Origin: Candidatus Undinarchaeales archaeon
Lineage (GTDB): Archaea; SpSt-1190; JASMDC01
Length of the DNA: 64,000 bases
Assembly: GCA_030753015.1 (NCBI GenBank)
Contig: JASMDC010000008.1
Location: 9,281 to 73,280 of the forward strand
Direction: 5' to 3'
Position numbers and translations under genes: made by a program. Below are positions 27,663 to 38,600 of this stretch, in pieces (the first letter of the stretch is position 1; each line of letters begins with the position of its first letter). Below the pieces are notes generated by a model that was not told where the DNA came from, did not search any database, and worked only from the letters and a program-made list of their open reading frames with translations.

Positions 27663-29153
27663 ATGGCTGACGATCGACCGTTCACATCCAAGCTGGGAGA
27701 TGGTTCACTTGCGCTGACATTCGACGATGTTCTCCTTCTTCCCGGACGCTCAAAGGTCGAACCGTCGGCTGTTGGGACCTTGACACAGATCACGGAGCGT
27801 GTGATGTGTACGATTCCGATCATATCAGCAGCAATGGACACCGTGACGGAAGCGAAAATGGCCATCGCGATGGCACAAGCTGGCGGTCTTGGTGTCATCC
27901 ACAAGAATATGCCAGTAAAGATTCAGGCCGAAATGGTCCAGCGTGCGAAACGACACGAATCATTCATAATCAGGGATGTGTTCACCATACCCCCTGACCT
28001 CTCTGCGGGTGAGGCAAAACGAATAATGGACGAACGCGGTATTAGCGGGATACCCGTTGTTGATAAGGAGAACCGCCTCATCGGGATACTGACGCTTCGT
28101 GATCTTAGGTTCATAGACGATCCATATTTGTCGGTGTCCGAGCTCATGACCAAGGACGTAGTCACTGTCGATGACGAGATCTCCATGGAAGGGGCACGCA
28201 AGCTCCTACAGGAGCATCGTATCGAGAAGCTGCCCATCATCAACGGAGAAAAACGTGTGACGGGGCTAATCACCGTCAAGGATCTTGAGAAACGTACTGA
28301 ACATGCTCACGCGACGCGTGATGAGGATGGACACCTTGTCATCGCAGCCGCGGTCGGTCCGTTCGACAAAGCACGCGCAAAGGCTCTAGACCGGGCAGGT
28401 GCGGATATTGTATTCATCGACTGCGCCCATGCGCACAACATGAACGTGGTCTCATCGTTCAAGAAGATAATGAAAGAGGTGGGATGCGAGCTGGTCATCG
28501 GTAACATAGCCACGGCCGAGGCTGCAGAGGACCTCATCGCTGCGGGTGCGCGAACGCTCAAGGTAGGTATCGGTGCAGGATCAATATGTACGACGCGCGT
28601 GGTCGCAGGCATTGGCGTCCCCCAACTCCAGGCAATCGCGGCCGTCGCTGACGTGGCGGCGGAGAACGGAGCGTTCGTTATAGCCGATGGGGGGATACGC
28701 TACTCAGGCGATATCGCTAAAGCACTTGCTGCCGGCGCTGACACCGTCATGCTAGGTCATATGCTTGCAGGGACCGGGGAGTCGCCTGGTGACGAGGTCA
28801 TTATCGGAGGACGACGGTTCAAGAGGTACAGGGGAATGGGTTCACTGGGGGCCATGAAGGTCTCAGCTGACCGCTACTTCCAGGACTCGTCTGATAGCTC
28901 GAAACTCGTACCCGAGGGTGTCGAGGGCGCTGTTCCGTTCAGGGGTCCCGTCGGTGACGTCATCTTCCAGCAGATGGGCGGTGTCAAGTCCGCGATGGGG
29001 TACGTCGGGGCTGCCGACATCAAAGAGATGAAGTCGGTCTCACGGTTCGTCCGGATATCGCCCCACGGGACGGCCGAGAGCCACCCGCACGACATTCTCA
29101 TCACCAACGAGGCGCCCAACTACTTCACAACGGATTCGGTCAGACATGCGTGA
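27663..29153 (+). CDS. guaB: IMP dehydrogenase
   Basis: LTFDDVLL, SAAMDTVTE, CBS pair, GIGAGSICTTR catalytic Cys, YRGMGS and PEGVEG. Confidence 0.98.
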   Translation: MADDRPFTSKLGDGSLALTFDDVLLLPGRSKVEPSAVGTLTQITERVMCTIPIISAAMDTVTEAKMAIAMAQAGGLGVIHKNMPVKIQAEMVQRAKRHESFIIRDVFTIPPDLSAGEAKRIMDERGISGIPVVDKENRLIGILTLRDLRFIDDPYLSVSELMTKDVVTVDDEISMEGARKLLQEHRIEKLPIINGEKRVTGLITVKDLEKRTEHAHATRDEDGHLVIAAAVGPFDKARAKALDRAGADIVFIDCAHAHNMNVVSSFKKIMKEVGCELVIGNIATAEAAEDLIAAGARTLKVGIGAGSICTTRVVAGIGVPQLQAIAAVADVAAENGAFVIADGGIRYSGDIAKALAAGADTVMLGHMLAGTGESPGDEVIIGGRRFKRYRGMGSLGAMKVSADRYFQDSSDSSKLVPEGVEGAVPFRGPVGDVIFQQMGGVKSAMGYVGAADIKEMKSVSRFVRISPHGTAESHPHDILITNEAPNYFTTDSVRHA

Positions 29154-29156
29154 GCC

Positions 29157-29783
29157 TTATCGACACTCCGTGCACGGCACATGGGACTGTGGTGGAGGGC
29201 CGTCGGGAAGTCCCTCAAGTGCAAGCTCACGGCACCTGTCCTCTGACGCGAACGCCGTTCTGAGCGTTACGAGGTCACATATGTCAGGATTGCGCACTAA
29301 CGCCGCCACTCGCATGAGACAGTAGTCTCGCGAGTTATACTCGTTCGACTGGGGCACAAGAAGACATAATGCATGGTCACCCGTCGCGAGCGCGAGGTTG
29401 AGATTGCACCTATCGCGGGAGCTGGGTCCATGTTCTCGCACGATCTGAGTGCACACACGTGCATCTTGCTGGAGCTCTGCCACCTTCACAAGGCAAGCAT
29501 CGTGCGACCATGCTCCCTCGATACGGCGCATTCGCGTACAAGGGGCCGTGCTGTTCTGAACTGATGCGAGCTCGTAAAGACAGTTGTCGCGTGAACCGGG
29601 GCCGTAGGTGAGGTTCGTCCCCTCACATTCTGCGAGACCGATGGACAAGGCATCGCCAGGGATGTGCGAGGGCTTTGGTAAGGGTTCAGCCACTCCGCCC
29701 TTCCTGTCCAGCGCTTGATCTGTACATCCCATGAATAGGATGAGCAGGACGAGGATGACCGATGTCAACGGACGAGGAGTCAT
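29157..29783 (-). CDS. lipoprotein with short Cys-paired helical repeats
   Basis: Lipobox FMGC and four to five (R/H)DxC...(L/V)A.......C repeats. Confidence 0.72.
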   Translation of the reverse strand: MTPRPLTSVILVLLILFMGCTDQALDRKGGVAEPLPKPSHIPGDALSIGLAECEGTNLTYGPGSRDNCLYELASVQNSTAPCTRMRRIEGAWSHDACLVKVAELQQDARVCTQIVREHGPSSRDRCNLNLALATGDHALCLLVPQSNEYNSRDYCLMRVAALVRNPDICDLVTLRTAFASEDRCRELALEGLPDGPPPQSHVPCTECR

Positions 29784-29851
29784 CGTGGAAGCCACCAGGA
29801 AACATATTTAATAAATACTTCACGAGCCATCAATTCAGAGGTCATCTGATA

Positions 29852-30766
29852 GTGGACAGCGAAACGGCCATACAGAACATCACAAATAGCATCGTCGAGC
29901 CTGTCGACCTGCTGACGAAGCTCCGCAGGGAGCTCATCAATACGTACTACGGGCCCTTCATCCTTTCAGCTATCGTACTGGCACTGACGCTCATCATCAT
30001 CCGGTACGCAGGTAAGTTACTACGATACCTTCGTGTTCGGTTAGACATCGACAAGGTCATCATCGAGAGCTTCCTTTCGGACCATATAACTACTGAGGAC
30101 TTCGACAGGGTATATCGCTCCATCATCCAGTTGACTGAGCTTTCGATATTCTTCATAGGGTTCTCTGTTGTGATGGGCATATTCCAGCTCACGTTCATCG
30201 GAGAGCTCTTCGATACACTGAACACCTACCTGCTAAAGATAGTCCTTACAGTAACGATCATTATCTTCGGGGTCTTCATGGGCGAGGTCCTTCCGAACAT
30301 ACTGCCCATCTGGCTCATCATCCTACCGATGCAGGCGATCGAGCGACAATACAGGATTAAGCTCGATCTCATGACGGTGACAGGATACCTCATACGAGGC
30401 ATCGTCTACTTCCTTTGCTTGCTCCTCATCGGGGCCATCCTGGGAGTGTCCGGCGAGATAATCGCGCTCGTCCTCATACTCATGATCACTTTCGGTATGA
30501 TTCTCTTCGTGTTCCTTATCAAGGACCAGTTACCCAACGCCTTTGCAGGGATTTACCTCACGGCCACCGATTCGATCAACATCGGTGACACGATCGCCCT
30601 CGACGACAAGGTGAAGGGCGTCATCAAGAGCATCTCATTGCTACATACGACGCTCGATGGGAAGAAGGGTGCTTTATTTGTCATCCCGAACCGTTCCCTT
30701 ACCAGCACCATCATATCGGTCACGAAACGGTGTGACGACAAAAAAGCATCATGCAAAGAAGCGTGA
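29852..30766 (+). CDS. mechanosensitive ion channel (MscS family)
   Basis: Multiple TM helices and KDQLPNAFAGIYL...INIGD.I...G.I..I.L..T...IPN. Start re-picked at GTG 29852. Confidence 0.85.
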   Translation: MDSETAIQNITNSIVEPVDLLTKLRRELINTYYGPFILSAIVLALTLIIIRYAGKLLRYLRVRLDIDKVIIESFLSDHITTEDFDRVYRSIIQLTELSIFFIGFSVVMGIFQLTFIGELFDTLNTYLLKIVLTVTIIIFGVFMGEVLPNILPIWLIILPMQAIERQYRIKLDLMTVTGYLIRGIVYFLCLLLIGAILGVSGEIIALVLILMITFGMILFVFLIKDQLPNAFAGIYLTATDSINIGDTIALDDKVKGVIKSISLLHTTLDGKKGALFVIPNRSLTSTIISVTKRCDDKKASCKEA

Positions 30767-30773
30767 GAACCGC

Positions 30774-32243
30774 TCACGGGCCGAGCATGCGACGCCGGAC
30801 AGTATGATAGATCCACGCCTCGGGCATCATGCCGAACTCATCGTTACGAAGCCTCCATCGTGCGACCGGACGATACAGGGCTGCCAGCGACCTGAGCACT
30901 GGATCATCGATGAGGTTGGCTGTGTCGGCCAGGAAATTCGAGGCCACGTAAGCACGCTCGATCTCTAGTCGTTCCCGGTGGGATAACCATGTCATCCGCG
31001 CGATGATCGACGTGACGTCGGTGAGATACGCGCCCCATTCCTCGAGCGTACAGGGTTCAGGGAAACCGGTGCTGCGAGCGAGCTCGTGCATATGCGTCCC
31101 GGGGTACACCGATACCGGATTGAAGCACGATGTCGTTGCTTCTGGGTTCTCATCGAGGATCCGTAGGGCCAGGTCGATCGTACGTTGTCTATCGGATGAT
31201 GTCTCACCGATGAACCCGAGCATGAAGTTGAAGGACGCTCCAAGCTCGCGTCCGCGCAATCGCCTGTTGCATTCAAGCACCTGTTCGACGGTTATGTTCT
31301 TACCGATGAGGTCGAGCACGCGCTGAGAACCCGACTCCACACCGAAGAGCATCCCCCTGACCCCCGTGGTTTCTAATAGGTCGAGATCATCATCCGTCAG
31401 TCCGTTCACGGCGTCGATCCTCACACCAGCGACGAGGTACTCGACATCGTGCCCCGAGTCGGCGAGCCCCTTGAAGATGTCCAGGAACCGTTCGAGGTCG
31501 GCCGCCATGTTCATGTCAACGAACTCCAAGGCCTTTACGTGGGGATAGCGCTCGAGGAGTTCGGTCACATGGGATACCGTTCGCTCAGCACTTATCGACC
31601 TGGAACACCCACAGAACATTGGACGATTGTAGCAGAACACGCATCCGTTGGGACATCCGCGCGAGCTCTCGAAGATAACGGAGCCCCTTCCCCTGAAGAG
31701 GGGGAGATAATCCTCCATCTCGACCAGATTATAGGGCACTGGCGGTAGGTCGTCCATGTCCACTAATCCGCGTTGCGGATTATGACGGACATCCCCTTCA
31801 CATACCAGAGAGACACCGGGGACATCGATCTTCCCACCACTCTCAAGCGCATCGACGAGGGCCGGGAGTGTAGTCTCCCCTTCACCACGGACGACCATGT
31901 CCACGAGTGGATGTGCGAGCGTGATATCCGGAAGGGCGGTTGCATGCGGCCCACCCCATATGACTGGGACCTCACCTTCGTCCTTTGCTACTTGTGATGC
32001 TTCGAGCGCGAAAAGGAGCTGTCGCCCGGTAATGGCCGTGAATCCCACCATTAATGGATCCTTGGCGACCTCGCGCCGCAGCCTTGCCTCCCAATCGGCG
32101 TGAACGCGCTGATCGATTATAACGATGTCTAGGTCCTCACGGAGGTTCCGGCAAGATGAGAGCAGGCCCAAAGGTATCGCAGGACGCTCTTTCAAAGCCT
32201 CCATGAACTCCACCATGGGCTGGACGAGCACTACGTCAGCCAT
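30774..32243 (-). CDS. B12-binding domain radical SAM protein
   Basis: PLGL, WGGPHAT, SSRGCPNGCVFC, GVESGS and YPGT motifs. Confidence 0.9.
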   Translation of the reverse strand: MADVVLVQPMVEFMEALKERPAIPLGLLSSCRNLREDLDIVIIDQRVHADWEARLRREVAKDPLMVGFTAITGRQLLFALEASQVAKDEGEVPVIWGGPHATALPDITLAHPLVDMVVRGEGETTLPALVDALESGGKIDVPGVSLVCEGDVRHNPQRGLVDMDDLPPVPYNLVEMEDYLPLFRGRGSVIFESSRGCPNGCVFCYNRPMFCGCSRSISAERTVSHVTELLERYPHVKALEFVDMNMAADLERFLDIFKGLADSGHDVEYLVAGVRIDAVNGLTDDDLDLLETTGVRGMLFGVESGSQRVLDLIGKNITVEQVLECNRRLRGRELGASFNFMLGFIGETSSDRQRTIDLALRILDENPEATTSCFNPVSVYPGTHMHELARSTGFPEPCTLEEWGAYLTDVTSIIARMTWLSHRERLEIERAYVASNFLADTANLIDDPVLRSLAALYRPVARWRLRNDEFGMMPEAWIYHTVRRRMLGP

Positions 32244-32300
32244 GATCGATGCTCACCTCGGTCGAGTCTCTATGCACGTCATCGTCCACCCAAGCAACCT

Positions 32301-33014
32301 TTATAGCTGCTCGCCTTCCGTACCGCAGCTCGTTTCGGCCGGGTGGCCGATTGATATCAAATAGACCGGAACGAGCGGGTATTCTATGCCCAGGGCCATG
32401 GACACGCCGTCCTCGTCGAATGCACCGATTGGTACGGCACCGAGACCGAGCGCCACGGCAGTAAGGAGGACGTTCTGCGCAGCGTGTCCCGCCTCCATGT
32501 GTACGTACCGTCTACCGCGCTCACCGTATCTTACCGTTGTGCGCTCGTATTCGGCGCAAAGCACTATATCAACAGCAGCGTCACGTACCCAGGGTTGATT
32601 GAGGGACGCCATCGAGAGCTTGCGTCGAACATCGCGTGTTGAATGCTCTTTTAGGTCGTCAGCCTCTGGCCAATAGTGATAAACCCCACGCGATACGGCA
32701 GCGAAGACCTCGAGAGGGAACTTCGCACCAGCGGATGGAGATGCCCGATACCCCGTTATTGGGCAGGTCATACCCTGGGCCGACCAGCAGAGCATCTGCA
32801 CATCATCCAAAGACACATCCTCGCCAGTGTACTCCCGTATGCTCCGCCTTACTCTCATGGCAGCGAAGAGACCGACGTCACCATCGGGGACGCCACGCTT
32901 GACCGTTACCACGGGACGGGACGATCTGAGCAGGGCCGCGGTAGCAGCAAGGAGCACGCCACATGATAATCCGATGAGATCTCTTCGACCCATGAGAGGT
33001 CGTGCCACCCCCAT
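32301..33014 (-). CDS. SagB/ThcOx family nitroreductase with Tat-like N-terminus
   Basis: RRSIREY, SPSAGA..PLE, EAGHAAQN and GAF motifs. N-terminal GRRDLI followed by a hydrophobic stretch. Confidence 0.88.
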   Translation of the reverse strand: MGVARPLMGRRDLIGLSCGVLLAATAALLRSSRPVVTVKRGVPDGDVGLFAAMRVRRSIREYTGEDVSLDDVQMLCWSAQGMTCPITGYRASPSAGAKFPLEVFAAVSRGVYHYWPEADDLKEHSTRDVRRKLSMASLNQPWVRDAAVDIVLCAEYERTTVRYGERGRRYVHMEAGHAAQNVLLTAVALGLGAVPIGAFDEDGVSMALGIEYPLVPVYLISIGHPAETSCGTEGEQL

Positions 33015-33085
33015 GGTATTGGAATTACTCTCAAGCCTTAAATCTCCATCTTACGGCGTTCAAGATAAAGACAGGAATCCTTTTC

Positions 33086-33376
33086 CTATGAGGTCTTATC
33101 CATCTTTACGCGGAGCTTCCCGCTCGGGCTCAGAACGAGCCTGAACCCCCTGTCAAAATCTTCATCAGCCTCCCGGTTGATGAAGCCCTGTTTCTTGAGG
33201 TCAGCTATCACTTTTGTTATCTGTGAGACGTTGATCTTGAGCTTGGCGTTCTTGGTGAGTAGCGTACGCATCTCATAGACGATGCTCGCCTCGTGTATCG
33301 ATTTACCTTCCTTGCTGTTTATGAAAATGAACCTCAGGATTTCATCTTCGGCCATCCTTCGAACATCCTGCTTCAT
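33086..33376 (-). CDS. winged-helix (MarR-like) DNA-binding protein
   Basis: SQITKVIADLKKQGFINR...LSPSG pattern. Confidence 0.6.
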   Translation of the reverse strand: MKQDVRRMAEDEILRFIFINSKEGKSIHEASIVYEMRTLLTKNAKLKINVSQITKVIADLKKQGFINREADEDFDRGFRLVLSPSGKLRVKMDKTS

Positions 33377-33424
33377 TGACTTACCGTTGAAGAAAGTGTT
33401 ACAGATGCATAAGTAGTTGATTGT

Positions 33425-33443
33425 GTAGCATGCGCCATGCTAC
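33425..33443. promoter_or_regulatory. 8-bp inverted repeat, candidate operator
   Basis: GTAGCATG-CGC-CATGCTAC just upstream of the wHTH gene promoter. Confidence 0.45.
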
Positions 33444-33477
33444 CACGATTGAAGTGACGCAGAGCACCTCGGGATGA

Positions 33478-34461
33478 TCACTCCGATGAGAGTGCAAGCA
33501 AGAGCTCGCCGTTCGCCTTGGTGTTCCTCAGGATTGTCTTGATTGAGAAGAGCGCGTCCTCGATCGGCTGCTGGAGCTCGGGTTCGAAGTAGTCCACTTT
33601 TGTATCGAACTCCTCGACCTCCTCAAGGAGAGTATCGATGTCCCGGATCGCTTCGAGGATTAGCTCTTCCTTATCCTTGTACATTGCGCGCATGATGTTC
33701 ACATAGTCTTCTGATGCACGCTTGAGGAAACCGGCTATCACCTGTGCGTGGTCTGTCGACAGGACGGTACCGCCAAGGAATACGCTGATCAGGCTCTCGA
33801 GCTCCTCGAGGATCTCTTTGAGGTTCTTGACCACGAGAGTGTACACTACCGCTTGACCAAGTGTAATCTTGAGGCTAATGGCGACGTCAGTGTATTTGGA
33901 TGCGAGGATGAGCTTCTTGAGGAGAAGGAGGTAGAGCTTGTCCGACTCGTAGAATCCCGACAGTGCCCTGAACTCGTCAGGGTTCGCGCTCATAAGACCG
34001 GTGTTGAGACCGTCGAAGTAGTTGCGCGTCATGTTGTCGAGACGGTTGAGTAGCTTGGTCATGGGGACGGGTTGGCTCCCGATCATGTCCCGGATGACGA
34101 TACGCTTTGTGCTTGTCTCGATGATCTCGGTTCCTGAGAACCTTCGGATGATCTTCTTCGTGGCCTCGACCGTCTCCAGTGACATCGGAGTCGCTGAGAA
34201 TAGCAAGATCTCGTCAGCACCAGATAGGTATCGGGCGACGATGAGTTTCTCAAGGTCAATGATCTGATAACGAGAGATGTCGATGATCGTTTCCTTGATT
34301 TTCTTCTGACCGACCGTGGCAGGTTTGACAAGGAGTGCGCCGGAGGGAGTCTCTTCAACTGAGACCGATGCTCCTTTTACCAGGTTCGCCTTCTTCGTCC
34401 ATGCTCGAGGAAGGGTGACGACGAGGCTTGATTTGCCGACCTGCATGACCTTGCGCTCCAT
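33478..34461 (-). CDS. AbrB-PhoU family phosphate uptake regulator
   Basis: ERKVMQVGKSSLVVTLPRAW AbrB domain, IVARYLSGAD and GTEIIE, then helical PhoU-like repeats. Confidence 0.85.
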   Translation of the reverse strand: MERKVMQVGKSSLVVTLPRAWTKKANLVKGASVSVEETPSGALLVKPATVGQKKIKETIIDISRYQIIDLEKLIVARYLSGADEILLFSATPMSLETVEATKKIIRRFSGTEIIETSTKRIVIRDMIGSQPVPMTKLLNRLDNMTRNYFDGLNTGLMSANPDEFRALSGFYESDKLYLLLLKKLILASKYTDVAISLKITLGQAVVYTLVVKNLKEILEELESLISVFLGGTVLSTDHAQVIAGFLKRASEDYVNIMRAMYKDKEELILEAIRDIDTLLEEVEEFDTKVDYFEPELQQPIEDALFSIKTILRNTKANGELLLALSSE

Positions 34462-34588
34462 ATTGGTAAATAATGATTCCAACTATTAAATAAGTATAGG
34501 TAGTTCACCCCCTGATAGGTCATTATCAATCTAGGGCCGTTCTTATGCGACTGACCTTAACGAATTATAAATCATTATCGACATTAGA

Positions 34589-35245
34589 TTGACAGTGGTT
34601 GGAGGCGCGACAGGCCAGGCAGGCGGCAGGGCTGGATATGATCCTGCCTATTTCCAGGGTGTAAGTACCGACCAGGTCGCCCGTCGCAGCAGGTTGAGCG
34701 CGATCAATGGGCTGCTAACGGTCGCAATACTTGCCATCGCGGCCGTGCTCATAGTGTTCGCTGTTCTGGCGTACGTGGAACCCTCGATCAGTCCCAGCAT
34801 CGAGAAGCGTATCAAGACCACACCGGACCAGCCCGTGAGCGTTGTCCTTCTCAGCGGATTCGAACCTTGCTCCAGCGAGAACCTTGAAGTGGAGGTCGTG
34901 CGGCGACAAGCGGGGAACGATATCACAGCGATACAGAAAGGGAGTGTATATTGTATCATACACATATCCATACCAGCAGAACGTGTGCCGGAGGTCGCAA
35001 GCTCATGGTCCATCCATTATGTGAGGACCATGGAGGAACTGAAAGGTAGGAGCGGCGGAATGGGTATGTGGGGCGGAAGCTTCCTTCAGTATCGCGACGA
35101 TGTGCTCAAGGTGGGAGCAATAGTGCTGTTTGTGCTCATCTTTACTTGGTTCTGGCTCGAGACTATTATAGACCGGTTCCCTATTCTGCACGGTGTGGTA
35201 TATGGTAAGGGGAGTGGACAGTACCCGCCCCAAGGACAAAGATAG
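34589..35245 (+). CDS. two-TM membrane protein
   Basis: Two hydrophobic helices flanking a ~110-aa loop. TTG start after a TTATAAAT box. Confidence 0.6.
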   Translation: MTVVGGATGQAGGRAGYDPAYFQGVSTDQVARRSRLSAINGLLTVAILAIAAVLIVFAVLAYVEPSISPSIEKRIKTTPDQPVSVVLLSGFEPCSSENLEVEVVRRQAGNDITAIQKGSVYCIIHISIPAERVPEVASSWSIHYVRTMEELKGRSGGMGMWGGSFLQYRDDVLKVGAIVLFVLIFTWFWLETIIDRFPILHGVVYGKGSGQYPPQGQR

Positions 35246-35286
35246 AAACTGGTTCGTAAATGCTCTATCTTAGATGGTCACTTATC

Positions 35287-35610
35287 TCAACCGAGTTTGT
35301 CCTCCATCGAATGCAACCTTCCATCAAGCTCTATCATCCCACGTTCGAGCCGTTCCCCGAGCTCTTTTACATCACCAGGATCAATAGTGGTCATTGCTGA
35401 GGGTGTCGGGGTAGGTACCGGCGTGATACCGTCATCATTGTCGAGGATGTAGCCGATAGCAAGGATCAATGAAATGAGCCCAAATAGGATTAGTATGTTC
35501 TGACTGTTCTCGCTCATTGGCCTCGGGGGAGGTGCCTCGTCCTTGTGAATAACATCGCGGAGCTCTTTAACCTCGAGCTCGCCTGGATCGATGTCAAGGA
35601 CCGCCATCAT
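35287..35610 (-). CDS. small single-TM protein with C-terminal coiled coil
   Basis: ATGA overlap with the upstream giant gene and GGAGG Shine-Dalgarno. TM segment ILILFGLISLILAIGYIL. Confidence 0.62.
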   Translation of the reverse strand: MMAVLDIDPGELEVKELRDVIHKDEAPPPRPMSENSQNILILFGLISLILAIGYILDNDDGITPVPTPTPSAMTTIDPGDVKELGERLERGMIELDGRLHSMEDKLG

Positions 35611-38600
35611 CCTCCCCTCCACGTAGACACTGCTCGGGCGACTGACGCACGAGCTATCCGTAGGACACCCCGAAGTGCGTCGGCCTCACCACTCGCACGT
35701 TCGATCGGACCGTTCGGCAGCTCCCTTGCTGCATTCACGAGGTCCTTGGCTACACTTGCTAGAAGAGGACGGACCGTTCGTGCCTTCATGGCGCGATCGG
35801 TATCGCCGATTCCTTCATAGTGGTTCTCGAGCTTACCTGCCAGAGCTTCGAGCTCACGGGTGAATCGTGCTAGCTCGCTGAGCTCTCTGGCAAGCTCATG
35901 GGACTCACCCTGTTCGAGCGACGTTTGCGGGACGCATCTCCCCACAGTGCGCGAGCACCACATACCCGGCGAACAAGGACAGTCGACACAGCAGGACCTT
36001 GATGTCTCGCCCAGATCGCATTGTCCGTCACCGCACGAGACGTCCTCAGGAGAGATGAGCGTTGCTCTATGGCAATAAGAGAGAGGTGGAGGGAAGTTGC
36101 TGAACACAGAGAGCATCGATTGGGCCTCGATGTCGGGTACGATTGTTAGCAGTGAGCATGTGTTCGCTGCGACCTCACTTCGCTGCAGGATGTCCAGGCA
36201 GAAGGATGTGAAGATAAGGTCCCGATGGAGCTCGGATTCAGCGAGTCCCTCGACGAGCGCCTGTCGGCATTGCACACGCGCCTTATCGTGCTCACCTTGA
36301 GCGACCAATAGACCGGCCCTGAATCTGTGGGCATTCACCGTGTCCAGGGTCGCAAGGGAGCGCTCCGCCTTCTCGAGAAGCTCGTCAGCCTTTTCCTCCG
36401 AGCCCAGTATGCGATGGCACAGGGACATCCCACCATACGAGAAGAAGATAGTATCACTGGATGTGTCAGCGATCTGGTTAAGAAGCGAGTTCGCATTCTT
36501 GCATGCGTCCATGGCGCCCTTACGATCACCTATCGACTCGAGCGTACGGGCCGCGATGAACTTGAGGATCGGTATCTGCTGAGGGTAATCAGCACCCTTC
36601 ATTTCGTTGAGGACGATATCGACAGCCTGTCGTTGCAGGGACGTCGATTGGAGCCGTTCGCCCGCTTGTAGCCACTTTCGGGACAAAGCAAGAAGCCCGA
36701 AGACATAATCTTCTGATGTACAGCTCGAGCGCGACCGAAGGCAGGTCACTTTAAGAGAAACTCGGTCCGAACCGTCATATTCGCACTCAGCGATAACTCG
36801 TGTAGACCGCCCAGGGCCAAGTGTGAGCTCGGGCAGACCGCATTGTTTCAGGTTCCCGGAATCTAAACGGTAAAGCGCGGATTTAGATGTGAAGGTGTTC
36901 GGACCTGGATTTTCAACAGTGAACACGAGATTGTTATGTTCGTCCGATCCGATTCCAGTTATGACAGGGCTGCACTGCTCGGTCCGTACTTCCTCGGCAC
37001 ATAAGAGGATGAGTTGTGATTCGAGTATATGTGCTGTCGCAGCCGATGTTCTACGGAATCCATCGATATCGCCCGTCATACGTTGTACCGTTGCGAGCGT
37101 ATCAAGGACGAGCGGGTCCACAGCAGCACAGAGGGGATCGTCAGAGGGACAGACCTTACCAATGATGTCATCAAGGACCGATCGCGCCTCTTCGAGGGTC
37201 GCTGCAGCGTTGGAGTGGTCCCCCGACAGACTCTCGAAGACCGCCACAAGGGACAGGACCGCAACATTGCCGTGCTGTCTGGCCTCATCCTTGCTAAATG
37301 GTGAGCGCCTCAGCAGCTGAGCGAACTCCTTGTATCTTGCGGATCTCTGATCCACCTCAAGGTCGTCGAGCTCCAAACAGGTTGCAGCTCTTACCGCATC
37401 GTGGATCCCCTCGTCGCTCTTCTGCCTTGCGAGCCAATACCTGGCGGCCTCCATGTACCTCTCTGCACACTTCCCGAACTCGTCGGCGTGTGCTGCTTCA
37501 AGTGCCTCCCGCTCGATGGACTGAGCGCTCTCCACCCGTTCCTTTACAGAGAAGGCGACATTTCCATCCATATGTGATCCGCTATCGAGGGTGGCAACGA
37601 CATGGAGTTCGTACTCACCAGGTCCTGGGGGCGTGAAGCTCGCTACGTAGTGGTCCACACGGTTCCTGAAGTACACCTTGCCCCCGAGCGGACGCTGACG
37701 AGAGGGTGTCTGTTCTACGCCGAGCGGACCGTCGTCGACTTCCACCTCGACCATTATCGTTCCAACGACAATGGCATCTTGCACGGGTCGATCGTTCTCT
37801 TCGAGGTATACCCGTGCCTCTACACGCTCACTCGGTGTGATGATGTACCGGTCCAGTTCGACGTGGACGTCGATAGCGCTGCTATCTGCCACAGTGAAAG
37901 CCACTTCGTCACTTTCTACAGCTGCATCGGGGATTTCGAGAGTGCCTTCGATCCTGTAGAGTCCTTTCGGGCCGTCGCGATCGATGGTGATGGACCCGCG
38001 CCACGTGAACGTGCAGGTCTCGGGGCAAGCGCACTGCTCATCGGTCGGACATTGGCAAGGACTCTCCTGGCATGTCTTCCTTACCTGGCGCATAGACACG
38101 TCCTTGAAAGTACCATCGGGAAGAGTTACTCTAACAAAGAGCGCACCCTCGGAACGCGTGACGACATCGACTGTGACATCCTCACCAACTTTGGCCGTGT
38201 TCCGGTCCACGGATATCTCAAGAGGTGGTGCTTCCGTGCACAACGGTAGCCATGCGGTCTCGCCACCGTAAGAGCCAGTTAAGCCGACGAGCACACCGTC
38301 ACCCTCTTTCAGCGACACCTTGACGGCAGGGTTCGGTCCAGTTATCCTGTACGTCAAGTCGACGGCGTCCTCGTCATCGCAAACACCCAATCTGAACCTG
38401 ACGGTCGTATCGTCCACGGTAACGAGCTCGTCGTTCGTGCACGGACAGCCGTACATGCACCCATCGTCGAGGTCGCCCTCCATCCCACGAGGTACAGGCT
38501 CATCTATCGCTGCATCCCTGAGATTCAGGTAACCATGTGCTGACGTAGGTGTCCCCCCTCCCATTCGGACCGTCATTGTACCGTGTCCCCGGACCAGTAC